This document shows positions 8,370 to 17,064 of a DNA stretch of 52,414 nt, piece by piece. The notes below the pieces were generated by a model. That model was given only the letters and a program-made list of their open reading frames with translations. It was not told where the DNA came from and searched no databases. The position numbers and the translations under genes were made by a program. The DNA is from Gaiellaceae bacterium (lineage in GTDB: Bacteria; Actinomycetota; Thermoleophilia; Gaiellales; Gaiellaceae): NCBI GenBank assembly GCA_035517795.1, contig DATIYE010000010.1:1-52414 (forward strand), in the 5' to 3' direction. Within the stretch, counting starts at the first letter, position 1. Every line of letters starts with the position of its first letter.

Positions 8370-9151
8370 GACAGGCGCGCCCGGGCGTCGAGGGTGACGG
8401 GATCGAGAGCGGCAAGAGCGTCGTAGAGGCCGACGTGGAACGAGCCGGGCCCGCCCGCCCCCCGTGCAGCGTCCTCGCCCGCGACGCCGAACGCGACGAG
8501 CGCCTCGACGGCGGCATCGAACGGCGACTCTGCGACCGCAAGGAAGCAGCCCGTGATCGCGCTCGACATGCAGCCGGTCCCCGTGACGCCGGCGAGCATC
8601 GGGTCGCCGTTTGCAATCGCGACGCTCCGCTCGCCGTCGGAGACGTGGTCGACCGGCCCGGTCACGGACGCCACGACACCGAGCGCCCGTGCGGCCTCGC
8701 GGGCCAGCTCCGCAGGGTCTGCCCCGGCTCCGACCGACTCGACCCCTCGTACCTCTGCCGCGACCCCGACAAGCGTCGCCACCTCGCCGGCGTTACCGCG
8801 CAGCACGGCCACGTCGGCTTCGTCGAGAAGCCGCCGCGCCGTCTCCGTCCTGAACGACGTCGCCCCTGCGCCCACGGGATCGAGCACCACAGGAACGCCC
8901 CGCGCGTTCGCCGCCCAGGCCGCGGCGAGCATCGCCTCGATCCAGGGCGAAGAGAGCGTGCCGATGTTCAGCACGAGCGCCGAGGCAAGCCCGACCATCT
9001 CTTCGACCTCCTCCGGCGCGTGAGCCATGACAGGCAGCGCACCGAGCGCAAGAGTGGCGTTCGCCGTCTCGTTCATGACGACGTAGTTCGTGATCTGGTG
9101 CACGAGCGGCTTCCGCTCGCGGATCCGTGCCAGTGACTCACCAGCGCTCAT
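8366..9151 (-). CDS. thiM: Hydroxyethylthiazole kinase
   Basis: 261-aa ORF with PLVHQITNYVVMNETANATLALGALPVMA...VLDPVGAGAT...VTGTGCM. ATGA overlap with the thiD stop. Confidence 0.9.
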   Translation of the reverse strand: MSAGESLARIRERKPLVHQITNYVVMNETANATLALGALPVMAHAPEEVEEMVGLASALVLNIGTLSSPWIEAMLAAAWAANARGVPVVLDPVGAGATSFRTETARRLLDEADVAVLRGNAGEVATLVGVAAEVRGVESVGAGADPAELAREAARALGVVASVTGPVDHVSDGERSVAIANGDPMLAGVTGTGCMSSAITGCFLAVAESPFDAAVEALVAFGVAGEDAARGAGGPGSFHVGLYDALAALDPVTLDARARLS

Positions 9152-9927
9152 GAGGCCCCTTTCAGGTGGAGGACGTCGACCGGGCCGTCCCCGACACCGA
9201 TCTCGGGAAGCCCGTGTGCGACTGCAGCCGAAGCCGCCGCCGCCGCGCCACGCGCGGCCACCTCGAGCGTGTCGCCCCGGGCGAGCAGGGCGGCCAGGGT
9301 GGCAGAGTGGGTGCAGCCGGCGCCGTGAGTGGCGGCGACGACGCGCCGCTCGACGCGGATCTCGACGTGACGGCGCCCGTCATAGAGGTGGTCGACCGGC
9401 GGCTCGCCGTGCCCGCCCGTGACGATCACGGCCGACGCCCCGAGCTCGTGGAGGCGCTCCGCGAGCGCCCGGCGGTCTCCGTCGAGCCCGGCCAGCGCCA
9501 CGGCTTCCGGGAGGTTCGGGGTGATCACCGTCGCGAGCGGGAAGAGACGCTCGACGAGCACCTCAACGGCGTCATCCTCGAGAAGGCGCGCTCCCGAGCT
9601 CGCGACCATCACAGGGTCGACGACGAGCGGAACGGGATGGGCCTCGAGGTAGCCGGCCACGGTCTCGATCAGGCCCCGCGAGAAGAGCATCCCGGTCTTC
9701 GCGGCATCGACGCCGATGTCCGAGAACACCGCGTCGAGCTGAGCGACGACGAACTCCGGCGGCAGCTCGTGAATCGCCGTCACCTCCTTCGTGTTCTGCG
9801 CCGTCAAGGCCACGAGCGCCGAGGTGCCGTAGACACCCGCGGCCGCGAATGCCTTCAGGTCGGCCTGGATTCCCGCGGCACCGCCGCTGTCGGAAGTCGC
9901 TATCGTCAACGCCCGCGGTATCCGCAA
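9148..9927 (-). CDS. thiD: Hydroxymethylpyrimidine/phosphomethylpyrimidine kinase
   Basis: C-terminal part of ORF 9148..10521 with ALTIATSDSGGAAGIQADLKAF...VVDPVMVASSG...GAGCTHSA. I place the start at TTG 9927, 6 nt after AAGGGAG. The upstream in-frame ATG at 9948 lies inside the TPP aptamer loop, though automated callers may choose it. Confidence 0.88.
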   Translation of the reverse strand: MRIPRALTIATSDSGGAAGIQADLKAFAAAGVYGTSALVALTAQNTKEVTAIHELPPEFVVAQLDAVFSDIGVDAAKTGMLFSRGLIETVAGYLEAHPVPLVVDPVMVASSGARLLEDDAVEVLVERLFPLATVITPNLPEAVALAGLDGDRRALAERLHELGASAVIVTGGHGEPPVDHLYDGRRHVEIRVERRVVAATHGAGCTHSATLAALLARGDTLEVAARGAAAAASAAVAHGLPEIGVGDGPVDVLHLKGAS

Positions 9928-10016
9928 CGCTGCTCCCTTCGCCGGCATGACCCGGATCAGGTTCGACGGGTGTGATCTCAGCCCCGGTCGGGGCACCCCG
10001 GTCGCACAACCTACCG
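9928..10016 (-). promoter_or_regulatory. TPP (THI-box) riboswitch upstream of thiD-thiM-thiE-thiL
   Basis: The minus strand reads GUUGUGCGACCGGGGUGCCCCGACCGGGGCUGAGAUCACACCCGUCGAACCUGAUCCGGGUCAUGCCGGCGAAGGGAGCAGCG. This contains the invariant GGGGUGC...CUGAGA...ACCC...AACCUGAUCCGG..AUGCCGGCG.AGGGA blocks of the TPP aptamer. Confidence 0.9.
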
Positions 10017-10035
10017 GCCGGGCTCGCCACCGCGA

Positions 10036-12282
10036 ATGCAATCCTCTCCGGTCGTGGCCGCCGCTGCCGTCCCGACCACCGTCGACGACCTGCTCCGGGG
10101 TGAAGAGCTCGCGCACCGGGTTGAAGAACCGAGCCGGACGGCCCGGACTGCGCCGCTGCCCGACAGGCTCGACCAGCGCGTCCGCCGGGCGCTCGGAGTG
10201 GATTCGCTCTACCTCCACCAGCTCGAGGCATGGGAGGCAGGCTCCCGCGGCGAGCACCTGGTCGTGACGACCGGCACCGCGTCGGGTAAGACACTCGCGT
10301 TCAACCTGCCGATCCTCGACTCGCTCGTCCGTGCCCCGAAGCACCGGGTGCTCTACCTCTACCCGACAAAGGCGCTTGCGCAGGACCAGTTCCGGACGCT
10401 GACGGCGCTCCGCGTTCCGCAGCTCCGCCCGGCGATCTACGACGGCGACACGCCGATCGACCAGCGTCGCCAGATCCGCAAGTGGGCCAACGCAATCCTG
10501 ACCAACCCGGACATGGTCCACATCGGGCTGCTACCGAATCACGAGCGCTGGGGCGAGCTGCTCTCGAACCTGGCGTACGTGGTGGTCGACGAGGCCCACG
10601 TGTACCGCGGCGTCTTCGGCTCGCACGTCGCGAACGTCCTCCGGCGGCTCCGACGTATCGCCCGGCTCTACGGCTCCGATCCTCAGTTCCTCCTGGCGAC
10701 CGCGACGATCTCCAACCCCGGCGAGCTCGGGCTCGAGCTGCTCGGGAGGCCGGTCACCGTGGTCGGCAGCGATGCGGCCCCGCGAGCCGAACGGACCGTG
10801 GTCCTCTGGAACCCGCCGCTGCTCGACGCGGAGCTCGGCCTGCGGGGATCGGCGCTCGCCGAGGCGGCGAAGCTCCAGGCCGGCTTCGTCGAGCGAGGCC
10901 TCAGGACGCTCACGTTCGCGAAGAGCCGCAAGGCGGCGGAGCTCGTCCACCGCTTCACCGCCGAGCGCCTCGGCGACGACTCGCGCCTCTCTCCGTATCG
11001 CGCCGGCTACACCGCCGACCAGCGACGCCAGATCGAGCGTCGGCTTGCAGACGGCGAGCTGCTCGGCGTGTCCTCGACCGATGCGCTCGAGCTCGGGATC
11101 GACATCGGCCTCCTCGACGCCGTGATCTGCGTCGGGTTTCCCGGCACAGTGGCCTCGCTGCGACAGCAGTGGGGGCGCGCCGGACGGCGCGGGCGCGGGA
11201 TCGCCGTCCTCGTGGCGACCGAGGATGCCCTCGACCAGTACTTCATGCGCGAGCCGGACAAGCTGCTCGGGCGACGGGTCGAGGCGGCGATCCTCGACCA
11301 CGAGAACCCCCGCGTCCTGAAGGGACACGTCCGGGCCGCCGCCTACGAGGCTCCGATCGACTCCGGCGACGCCGAGATCCTCGGCGAGGCGGCTCTCGCC
11401 GCCGCCGCAGCCGACCGCGAGCTGCGCTCGACGCCGAGGGGGTTCGTGTGGGCCGGGAGAGACACACCGGCGGCTCGCGTGTCGCTGCGCTCGGCCGGCC
11501 CGGACGTGTTCACGGTCGTCGACCTCTCCAGCGGATCCATTCTCGGCTTCGTCGAGCGATCCCGCGCGTACTCCACGGTGCACGAGGGCGCCGTGTACCT
11601 GCACCGAGGCGAGTCGTTCCTTGTCCGCGAGCTCGACGAGACGACGCTGAGAGCTGTCGTGGAGCCGTTCGGCGGCGACTGGTACACGCAGCCCAAGCGC
11701 GAGACCGAGACCGCCGTCCTCGGACCGCTGCGGACCGGGCGACGTCTCGGGCTCGAGCTCGTCTTCGGCGAGGTGGAGGTCACGGACCGTGTGGTCGGGT
11801 ACGAGCGCAAGACGATCGCCTCACAGGAACGAATCGAGCTCGTCCCGCTCGCCTGCCCGCCGGCAACGTTCGCCACCGAGGCGATCTGGTTCTCTCCCGA
11901 GGCCGGCCAGCTCCGCGAGCTCGACGAGATGCCGAAGCTGCTCTCGGTTCTGCACGCAGCCGAGCACGCGCTGATCGCGATGCTGCCGCTCTGGGCGATG
12001 TGCGACCGCTGGGACATCGGCGGGCTCTCGACGAACCTCCACTCCGACACCGGACGCCCGACGGTGTTCGTCTACGACGGGCACCCCGGCGGCGTCGGCA
12101 TCACCGAGCGAGGCTTCGAGCAGTTCGAAGGCTGGGTTGCCGACACGGCGCGCATGCTCGCCACCTGCCCGTGCTCGGACGGCTGCCCCTCGTGCGTCCA
12201 GAGCCCGAAGTGCGGGAACCTCAACGAGATGCTCGACAAGGCCGGAGCCCGCACGCTCCTCGAACGGCTGCTCGCAGCATGA
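10036..12282 (+). CDS. mrfA: MrfA/YprA-like DEAD/DEAH-box helicase with C-terminal DUF1998 zinc-binding domain
   Basis: 748-aa ORF. Motif I TGTASGKTLAF, motif II VVVDEAHVYRG, a helicase-C region, and the C-terminal Cys cluster CPCSDGCPSCVQSPKCGNLNEMLDK typical of DUF1998. Confidence 0.85.
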   Translation: MQSSPVVAAAAVPTTVDDLLRGEELAHRVEEPSRTARTAPLPDRLDQRVRRALGVDSLYLHQLEAWEAGSRGEHLVVTTGTASGKTLAFNLPILDSLVRAPKHRVLYLYPTKALAQDQFRTLTALRVPQLRPAIYDGDTPIDQRRQIRKWANAILTNPDMVHIGLLPNHERWGELLSNLAYVVVDEAHVYRGVFGSHVANVLRRLRRIARLYGSDPQFLLATATISNPGELGLELLGRPVTVVGSDAAPRAERTVVLWNPPLLDAELGLRGSALAEAAKLQAGFVERGLRTLTFAKSRKAAELVHRFTAERLGDDSRLSPYRAGYTADQRRQIERRLADGELLGVSSTDALELGIDIGLLDAVICVGFPGTVASLRQQWGRAGRRGRGIAVLVATEDALDQYFMREPDKLLGRRVEAAILDHENPRVLKGHVRAAAYEAPIDSGDAEILGEAALAAAAADRELRSTPRGFVWAGRDTPAARVSLRSAGPDVFTVVDLSSGSILGFVERSRAYSTVHEGAVYLHRGESFLVRELDETTLRAVVEPFGGDWYTQPKRETETAVLGPLRTGRRLGLELVFGEVEVTDRVVGYERKTIASQERIELVPLACPPATFATEAIWFSPEAGQLRELDEMPKLLSVLHAAEHALIAMLPLWAMCDRWDIGGLSTNLHSDTGRPTVFVYDGHPGGVGITERGFEQFEGWVADTARMLATCPCSDGCPSCVQSPKCGNLNEMLDKAGARTLLERLLAA

Positions 12283-12288
12283 GGGATC

Positions 12289-12864
12289 TCAGCAGTCGAC
12301 GACGATCTTCAGGTGCAGCCGCGACGCCAGCGCTCGTGCGGCGCCGACCGTCATGTCTCCGCCCCGCTGCTCCAGCGGGCCGTGCGGATCGTTCGTGGCG
12401 AGGAAGAACGGCCCGATGCGGATGTGGTCGGCGTTGAATGCCTTGCACTGCCAGAGGCCATGCTTCGGCGCGGCCCTCTGAGCCGCAGTCGTGAACACCG
12501 GCACCCCGGCCGGAGGCCTGACGAGCTGGCACATCCAGCGAACCGCGGCTCCCTGGTCGGGGAAGCAGGCGATCCACACCTCGGTCGGCGCGAGCCGGGA
12601 GGCGCACGGGCCCTTCGTCGAGGCGCTGCATGGCCGGTAGACGGGCCGGGCAGTGCAGCTGAAGTCTCCCGCCAGCACGGGGGAGGCCACGCACGTCGCT
12701 GACTTCACGCCGGCAAGGCCGCCCGCGGCGAACAGGGTCGCGACGTGACGCGCGGCGAGCGCCGACTCGAGCGAGGAGGCGTTGGAGCTCGATCCGCCGC
12801 AGGCGGCGAGCGCGGCACAGCACGCTGCGAGCACCGAGCGCGACAGTACGCTCCGGCGGCTCAC
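12289..12864 (-). CDS. Hypothetical Tat-signal, Cys-rich lipoprotein, translationally coupled to ligD
   Basis: In-frame GTG at 12864 within ORF 12289..13125 forms a GTGA overlap with the ligD stop. N-terminus VSRRSVLSRSVLAACCAALAACGGSSS has a twin-arginine-like SRRSVL plus the lipobox LAAC. The mature part carries 8 Cys, and I recognise no family. Confidence 0.6.
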   Translation of the reverse strand: MSRRSVLSRSVLAACCAALAACGGSSSNASSLESALAARHVATLFAAGGLAGVKSATCVASPVLAGDFSCTARPVYRPCSASTKGPCASRLAPTEVWIACFPDQGAAVRWMCQLVRPPAGVPVFTTAAQRAAPKHGLWQCKAFNADHIRIGPFFLATNDPHGPLEQRGGDMTVGAARALASRLHLKIVVDC

Positions 12865-15149
12865 AGCCGGGCAAGTGCTTTCGAGAGCGACTGCCGCACG
12901 CTGAGGACGCCGGCAAAGAGGTCGCCGTGTCGTGCAACGCGGTCGAGCACGGATTCCATGGTAAAGACGGCGGGGTCGATGTCGCTGCCGACCTCGCCCC
13001 ACCGAAGCGGAGTCGAGACCGGAGCCCCGGGATGCGGGCGTACGGAGTAAACCGAGGCGATCGTCTTCCCCATCCCGTTCTGGTTTGCGTCGATCAGCAC
13101 CCCTCTTCGCTTCGACTTGGCCCACTGGGTCGTCGCCAGCTGCGGGTAGGAGCGGGCAACCGTGCCCGCGATCAACTCGGCGAACGACCTCGTGTCCTCG
13201 TAGCTCGAGCGCCGCTCGATCGGCACGAGGATGTGGAAGCCCTTACCGCCGGAGGTCTTCGGAAACGACTCCAGGCCGAGGCCGTCGAGCAACTCCCGGA
13301 CGAGGAGCGCAACCTCGATCGTCCGGGCGTAGGGAACCTCGGGAGTGGGATCGAGGTCGAATAGGACGAAGTCGGGCCGCTCCGGGCGATCGACCCGCGA
13401 GTACCACGGGTTCATGTCGATGCAGCCCATGTTCGCCATCCAGAGGAGTGAGAGCTCGTCGTTGACGACCGGGAAGTCGATCGTCCCGCCGCGGCTCGAG
13501 ACGGAGGCTGCGAAGGTCGGGATCCAGGCGGGCATGTGCGACGGCGCATGCTTCTGGAAGAACGCCTTCCCGCCGGCGCCGTCCGGGTAGCGGCGCATGG
13601 TGAACGGCCGGCCGCGCAGGTGGGGGACGAGCACGGGCGCGACCTGCCGGTAGTAGTCGATCAGGTCGCCCTTCGTGATCCCCTCGTCGGGCCAGAAGAG
13701 CTTGTCGAGATTCGAGAGCGAGAGCTCCCGCCTACCTTTACGCACGACGCCGGCCGAAGGCCGCTCGCGCGTGACTTCGACCGCAGGCTTGTCGTCGCGC
13801 AGGCCCTTGTACGACGGCTGGCGCACGTGACCGTCGTGCGTCCACTCGCTGAACTCGACCTCGACGACGAGACGCGGCTCGACCCAGGTGACGTCCGCCT
13901 TCCGCACCCTCGGCAGCTTCGGCACCGTCTCGAACGGAGGGTCGGGGCGCTCCAGACGCCGCAGCGCCCGCATCAGGCGCTCGATCTCTCGCGCGTCGAA
14001 CCCCGTCCCGACGTTGCCGGCATAGCGGAGCACACCTCCCTCGTTCACCGCGAGGACGAGCGAGCCGAAGCTCGAGGCGCGGCTTCCCGAGCCGCGCGTG
14101 TAACCGGCGACGACGAACTCCTGCCGACCGTGGGTCTTGATCTTGAGCCAGTCCCTGGTACGACGACCCTGCTCGTAACGGGAGCCGAGTCGTTTGGCCA
14201 TCACCCCCTCGAGCCCTTGCGACTTCGCCGCCTCGAAGAGCGACTTTCCGTCGTCGAAGCTCTCCGAGACCAGCACCGTCTCGCTGCCCCGACCGAGGAG
14301 CTCTGCGAGCCGTTTCCGCCGTTCCTCGACCGGCAGGTCGACGAGCGGCTCGCCGTCGAGCTCGAGGCAGTCGAAGGCGTAGTACACGAGCCGGCCGGAG
14401 CCCTGCTGCATCGCCGAGAAGCTCGGGCGGCCGCGTTCGTCGAGCGCGCAGACCTCGCCGTCGAGGACGGCTCCGCGACTACCGACGAGTCGCGCGACCG
14501 CCGCCGCGACACCGGCGAAGCGGGAGGTCAGGTCGTTGGCCGACCGAGAGGTGAGCCGGCAGGAGCCGCCGCCGACGTAGGCGAGGGCGCGATAGCCGTC
14601 GAACTTGACCTCGTAGAGCCAGCTTCCGCTCGCGGGAGGCGCCTCGGCGAGCGTGGCGAGCATCGGCCGGTAGACGGCCTCCGGCATGCTCTCGTCTCGC
14701 TTGCGGATCAGCAGCCAGTTCGCCTCCTTCCCGTCCAGATGGGCCGGAACGAGCGTCCAGACGCCTCGAAGGCGCTGTCCGGCGAGCCGGACAGTCAGAC
14801 CGCCGTCCGGCTTCACCTCGATCAGCTCGTAGGTCCCTCGGTCCCAGATCTCGACCTTGCCCGCGCCGTACTGGCCGGCCGGGATCTCCCCCTCGAAGGA
14901 GCCGTACTCGAGCGGGTGGTCCTCGACATGGACCGCCAGCGCCCGCGTGCCAACCTCGAGCGGAACGCCCTTCGGGACGGCCCAGGAGGCGAGCACGCCG
15001 TCCCGTTCGAGCCGGAAGTCGTAGTGGAGGCTCCGCGCAGCGTGCTTCTGGACCACAAACAGGGGCTTGCCGCCGCCGGATGCACCCTCGAAGGGCTCCG
15101 GAGTCCTGGACCGATCGCGTTTTGCGTTGTACGCCTCGAGCTTCGACAA
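12861..15149 (-). CDS. ligD: ATP-dependent DNA ligase D (NHEJ), domain order phosphoesterase-ligase-polymerase
   Basis: 762-aa ORF with a TTG start. The N-terminal 3'-phosphoesterase domain has FVVQKHAARSLHYDFRLE...WAVPKG. The ligase adenylation motif is YEVKFDGYRA. The C-terminal primase-polymerase domain has FVLFDLDP...SGGKGFHILVP. Confidence 0.92.
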   Translation of the reverse strand: MSKLEAYNAKRDRSRTPEPFEGASGGGKPLFVVQKHAARSLHYDFRLERDGVLASWAVPKGVPLEVGTRALAVHVEDHPLEYGSFEGEIPAGQYGAGKVEIWDRGTYELIEVKPDGGLTVRLAGQRLRGVWTLVPAHLDGKEANWLLIRKRDESMPEAVYRPMLATLAEAPPASGSWLYEVKFDGYRALAYVGGGSCRLTSRSANDLTSRFAGVAAAVARLVGSRGAVLDGEVCALDERGRPSFSAMQQGSGRLVYYAFDCLELDGEPLVDLPVEERRKRLAELLGRGSETVLVSESFDDGKSLFEAAKSQGLEGVMAKRLGSRYEQGRRTRDWLKIKTHGRQEFVVAGYTRGSGSRASSFGSLVLAVNEGGVLRYAGNVGTGFDAREIERLMRALRRLERPDPPFETVPKLPRVRKADVTWVEPRLVVEVEFSEWTHDGHVRQPSYKGLRDDKPAVEVTRERPSAGVVRKGRRELSLSNLDKLFWPDEGITKGDLIDYYRQVAPVLVPHLRGRPFTMRRYPDGAGGKAFFQKHAPSHMPAWIPTFAASVSSRGGTIDFPVVNDELSLLWMANMGCIDMNPWYSRVDRPERPDFVLFDLDPTPEVPYARTIEVALLVRELLDGLGLESFPKTSGGKGFHILVPIERRSSYEDTRSFAELIAGTVARSYPQLATTQWAKSKRRGVLIDANQNGMGKTIASVYSVRPHPGAPVSTPLRWGEVGSDIDPAVFTMESVLDRVARHGDLFAGVLSVRQSLSKALARL

Positions 15150-15246
15150 ACCTGGCTCACTCCGTGTTCACGAATTGTCAATACACGGTTGAAAACCCTG
15201 TGGATGGTGTGGAGAAAGTGCCCGAATGCGGCGTCGTTGCAATGGA

Positions 15247-16182
15247 TCAGGAGAAGACGCCCATGGCGCGGAACTTCGCCCGTCGGGCCCGGCGGCGGTC
15301 GGCGGCAGACGTCCCGTCGAGCTCCTCGAGCGCCCCGACAAGGGCCTTCTCGAGAGTCGCGGCCGCAGCGTCGGCGTTCTCCTGGGCGCCGCCGGCGGGC
15401 TCGCGGACGATCTCGTCGACGACCCCGAGCTGGTAGCAGTGGAAAGCGTCCGGCTTGAACGCCGCTGCCGCCTTCTTCTTCTCGTCCGGATCGCGCCAGA
15501 GGATCATCGCACAGCCTTCCGGTGTGATCACGGAGTAGATCGCGTTCTCCTGCATCAGCACCCGGTCTGCGACCGCGAGCGCGAGCGCGCCGCCGGAGCC
15601 GCCTTCACCGATGACGCAGGCCACCGTCGGCACGCCGAGCGCCAGCATTCGCGCCTGCGACCGGGCGATCGCCCCACCCTGCCCGTGCTGCTCGGCCGCG
15701 ATCCCCGGGAAGGCCCCCGGCGTATCGATGAGCGACACGACTGGAAAACCGAATCGCTCGGCGATCTCCATCACGCGGTTGGCCTTGGCGTACCCCTCCG
15801 GGCTCGGCATCCCGTACTGCCGCTCGACGCGCTCCTTGATCTCCCGGCCCTTCTGATGCCCGACGAGGGCGATCGTGCGTCCGGCAAGCCTCCCGAGTCC
15901 GGCAACGATCGCGCCGTCGTCCATGCGCCCGCGATCTCCGTGCAGCTCGACCCAGTCCTCGACGATCCGGTCGACGTAGTCGAGGGTGTAGGGACGGTCG
16001 GGATGGCGTGCGAGCTCGACGAACGCCCACATCTCGTCCTCGGTCGCGTCGGCCCGCGAGATCGAGTCCAGCTGCTCCCTGAGCCGCTTCTCTTCACCCG
16101 AGACACCGGTCCGGTGAAGGAGCGGCAGCCCCTTCAACCTCCCGAGCCGCTCCCGCAGCCCCCGCTCGGCCTCACTGCTCAA
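15247..16182 (-). CDS. accA: Acetyl-CoA carboxylase carboxyltransferase alpha subunit
   Basis: 311-aa ORF with ARHPDRPYTLDY...GRTIALVGHQKGR...FGFPVVSLIDTPGAFPG...EGGSGGALA. Its TTG start overlaps the accD stop by 11 nt. Confidence 0.92.
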   Translation of the reverse strand: MSSEAERGLRERLGRLKGLPLLHRTGVSGEEKRLREQLDSISRADATEDEMWAFVELARHPDRPYTLDYVDRIVEDWVELHGDRGRMDDGAIVAGLGRLAGRTIALVGHQKGREIKERVERQYGMPSPEGYAKANRVMEIAERFGFPVVSLIDTPGAFPGIAAEQHGQGGAIARSQARMLALGVPTVACVIGEGGSGGALALAVADRVLMQENAIYSVITPEGCAMILWRDPDEKKKAAAAFKPDAFHCYQLGVVDEIVREPAGGAQENADAAAATLEKALVGALEELDGTSAADRRRARRAKFRAMGVFS

Positions 16183-17008
16183 AGAGCCTCAGAAGCCGCG
16201 CCAGATAGGGCCGCTGCTCGGAGCGCGGGACGATGGCATCGATCTGCCCGAAACGGAGGTTCTGCTCCGACCGGCCGAAATCGTCGCCGAGCTTCTCCTT
16301 CACGAGCTCCTGGACGACCCGCGGACCGGTGAACGCGAGTAGAGCTCCCGGCTCCGCGACCACCACGTCACCAAGCGAAGCGAAGCTCGCCATCGCACCG
16401 CCCGTCGTCGGGTCGGTGAGAACGCAGAAGAGCGGAAGCTGCGCTTCGTGGAGCTCGTCGATCGCCGAGATCACCTTGGGCAGCTGCATCAGCGACAGGA
16501 TTCCCTCTTGCATGCGCGCGCCGCCGGAGCTGGTGACGAGAAGTACGGGCATCGAGGTACCGATCGCGGCGTCGCAGGCCCGCACGAACTTCTCGCCCAC
16601 GGCGCTGCCCATCGAGCCGCCCATGAACGAGAAGTCCATGACCGCCATCTCGAGCGGGTGACCTTCGAGCGTGGCCGAGCCGACCACCATCGCGTCCGTG
16701 AGACCCGTATTCAGCTCGGCCTCCGCCAGGCGCTCGCGATAGGGCCGGAGGTCGAAGAACGACAGCGGATCGGCCGAGCGAACCTCGGCCGCGTCCTCGA
16801 GGAACGACCCGGGGTCGGCGAGCCACGCGATACGGGCGCGCGCCGGCATGCGGAAGTGGTGGGCGCACTGGCCGCACACGTAGAGGGTCGCTTCGAGCTC
16901 GTCGTCGCGGTAGTGCGACCCGCAGCCGGGACAGGTGTTCGGGTGCTTCTTGTCTGCCGCCCCGCCCTCCACCTGCTCGACCGTCACGTCGATCCTGGTC
17001 TCGCTCAT
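16172..17008 (-). CDS. accD: Acetyl-CoA carboxylase carboxyltransferase beta subunit
   Basis: ATG at 17008 inside ORF 16172..17860 gives MSETRIDV...CPGCGSHYRDDELEATLYVCGQCAHH (zinc ribbon) followed by MDFSFMGGSMGSAVGEKF...SSGGARMQEG. The upstream extension overlaps the HAD gene. Confidence 0.92.
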   Translation of the reverse strand: MSETRIDVTVEQVEGGAADKKHPNTCPGCGSHYRDDELEATLYVCGQCAHHFRMPARARIAWLADPGSFLEDAAEVRSADPLSFFDLRPYRERLAEAELNTGLTDAMVVGSATLEGHPLEMAVMDFSFMGGSMGSAVGEKFVRACDAAIGTSMPVLLVTSSGGARMQEGILSLMQLPKVISAIDELHEAQLPLFCVLTDPTTGGAMASFASLGDVVVAEPGALLAFTGPRVVQELVKEKLGDDFGRSEQNLRFGQIDAIVPRSEQRPYLARLLRLFEQ

Positions 17009-17064
17009 GGACGAATGGATCTTAGACCGCGACCGGCGCGCTCGGGTTGCAGCCCGAGGACCGG

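Noticed and set aside
15160-15190. Possible LexA/SOS box (GAAC-N4-GTTC type) upstream of ligD.
   Set aside because: GTTCACGAATTG and GAACACGG contain single half-sites only, and no properly spaced palindromic GAAC/GTTC pair is present.
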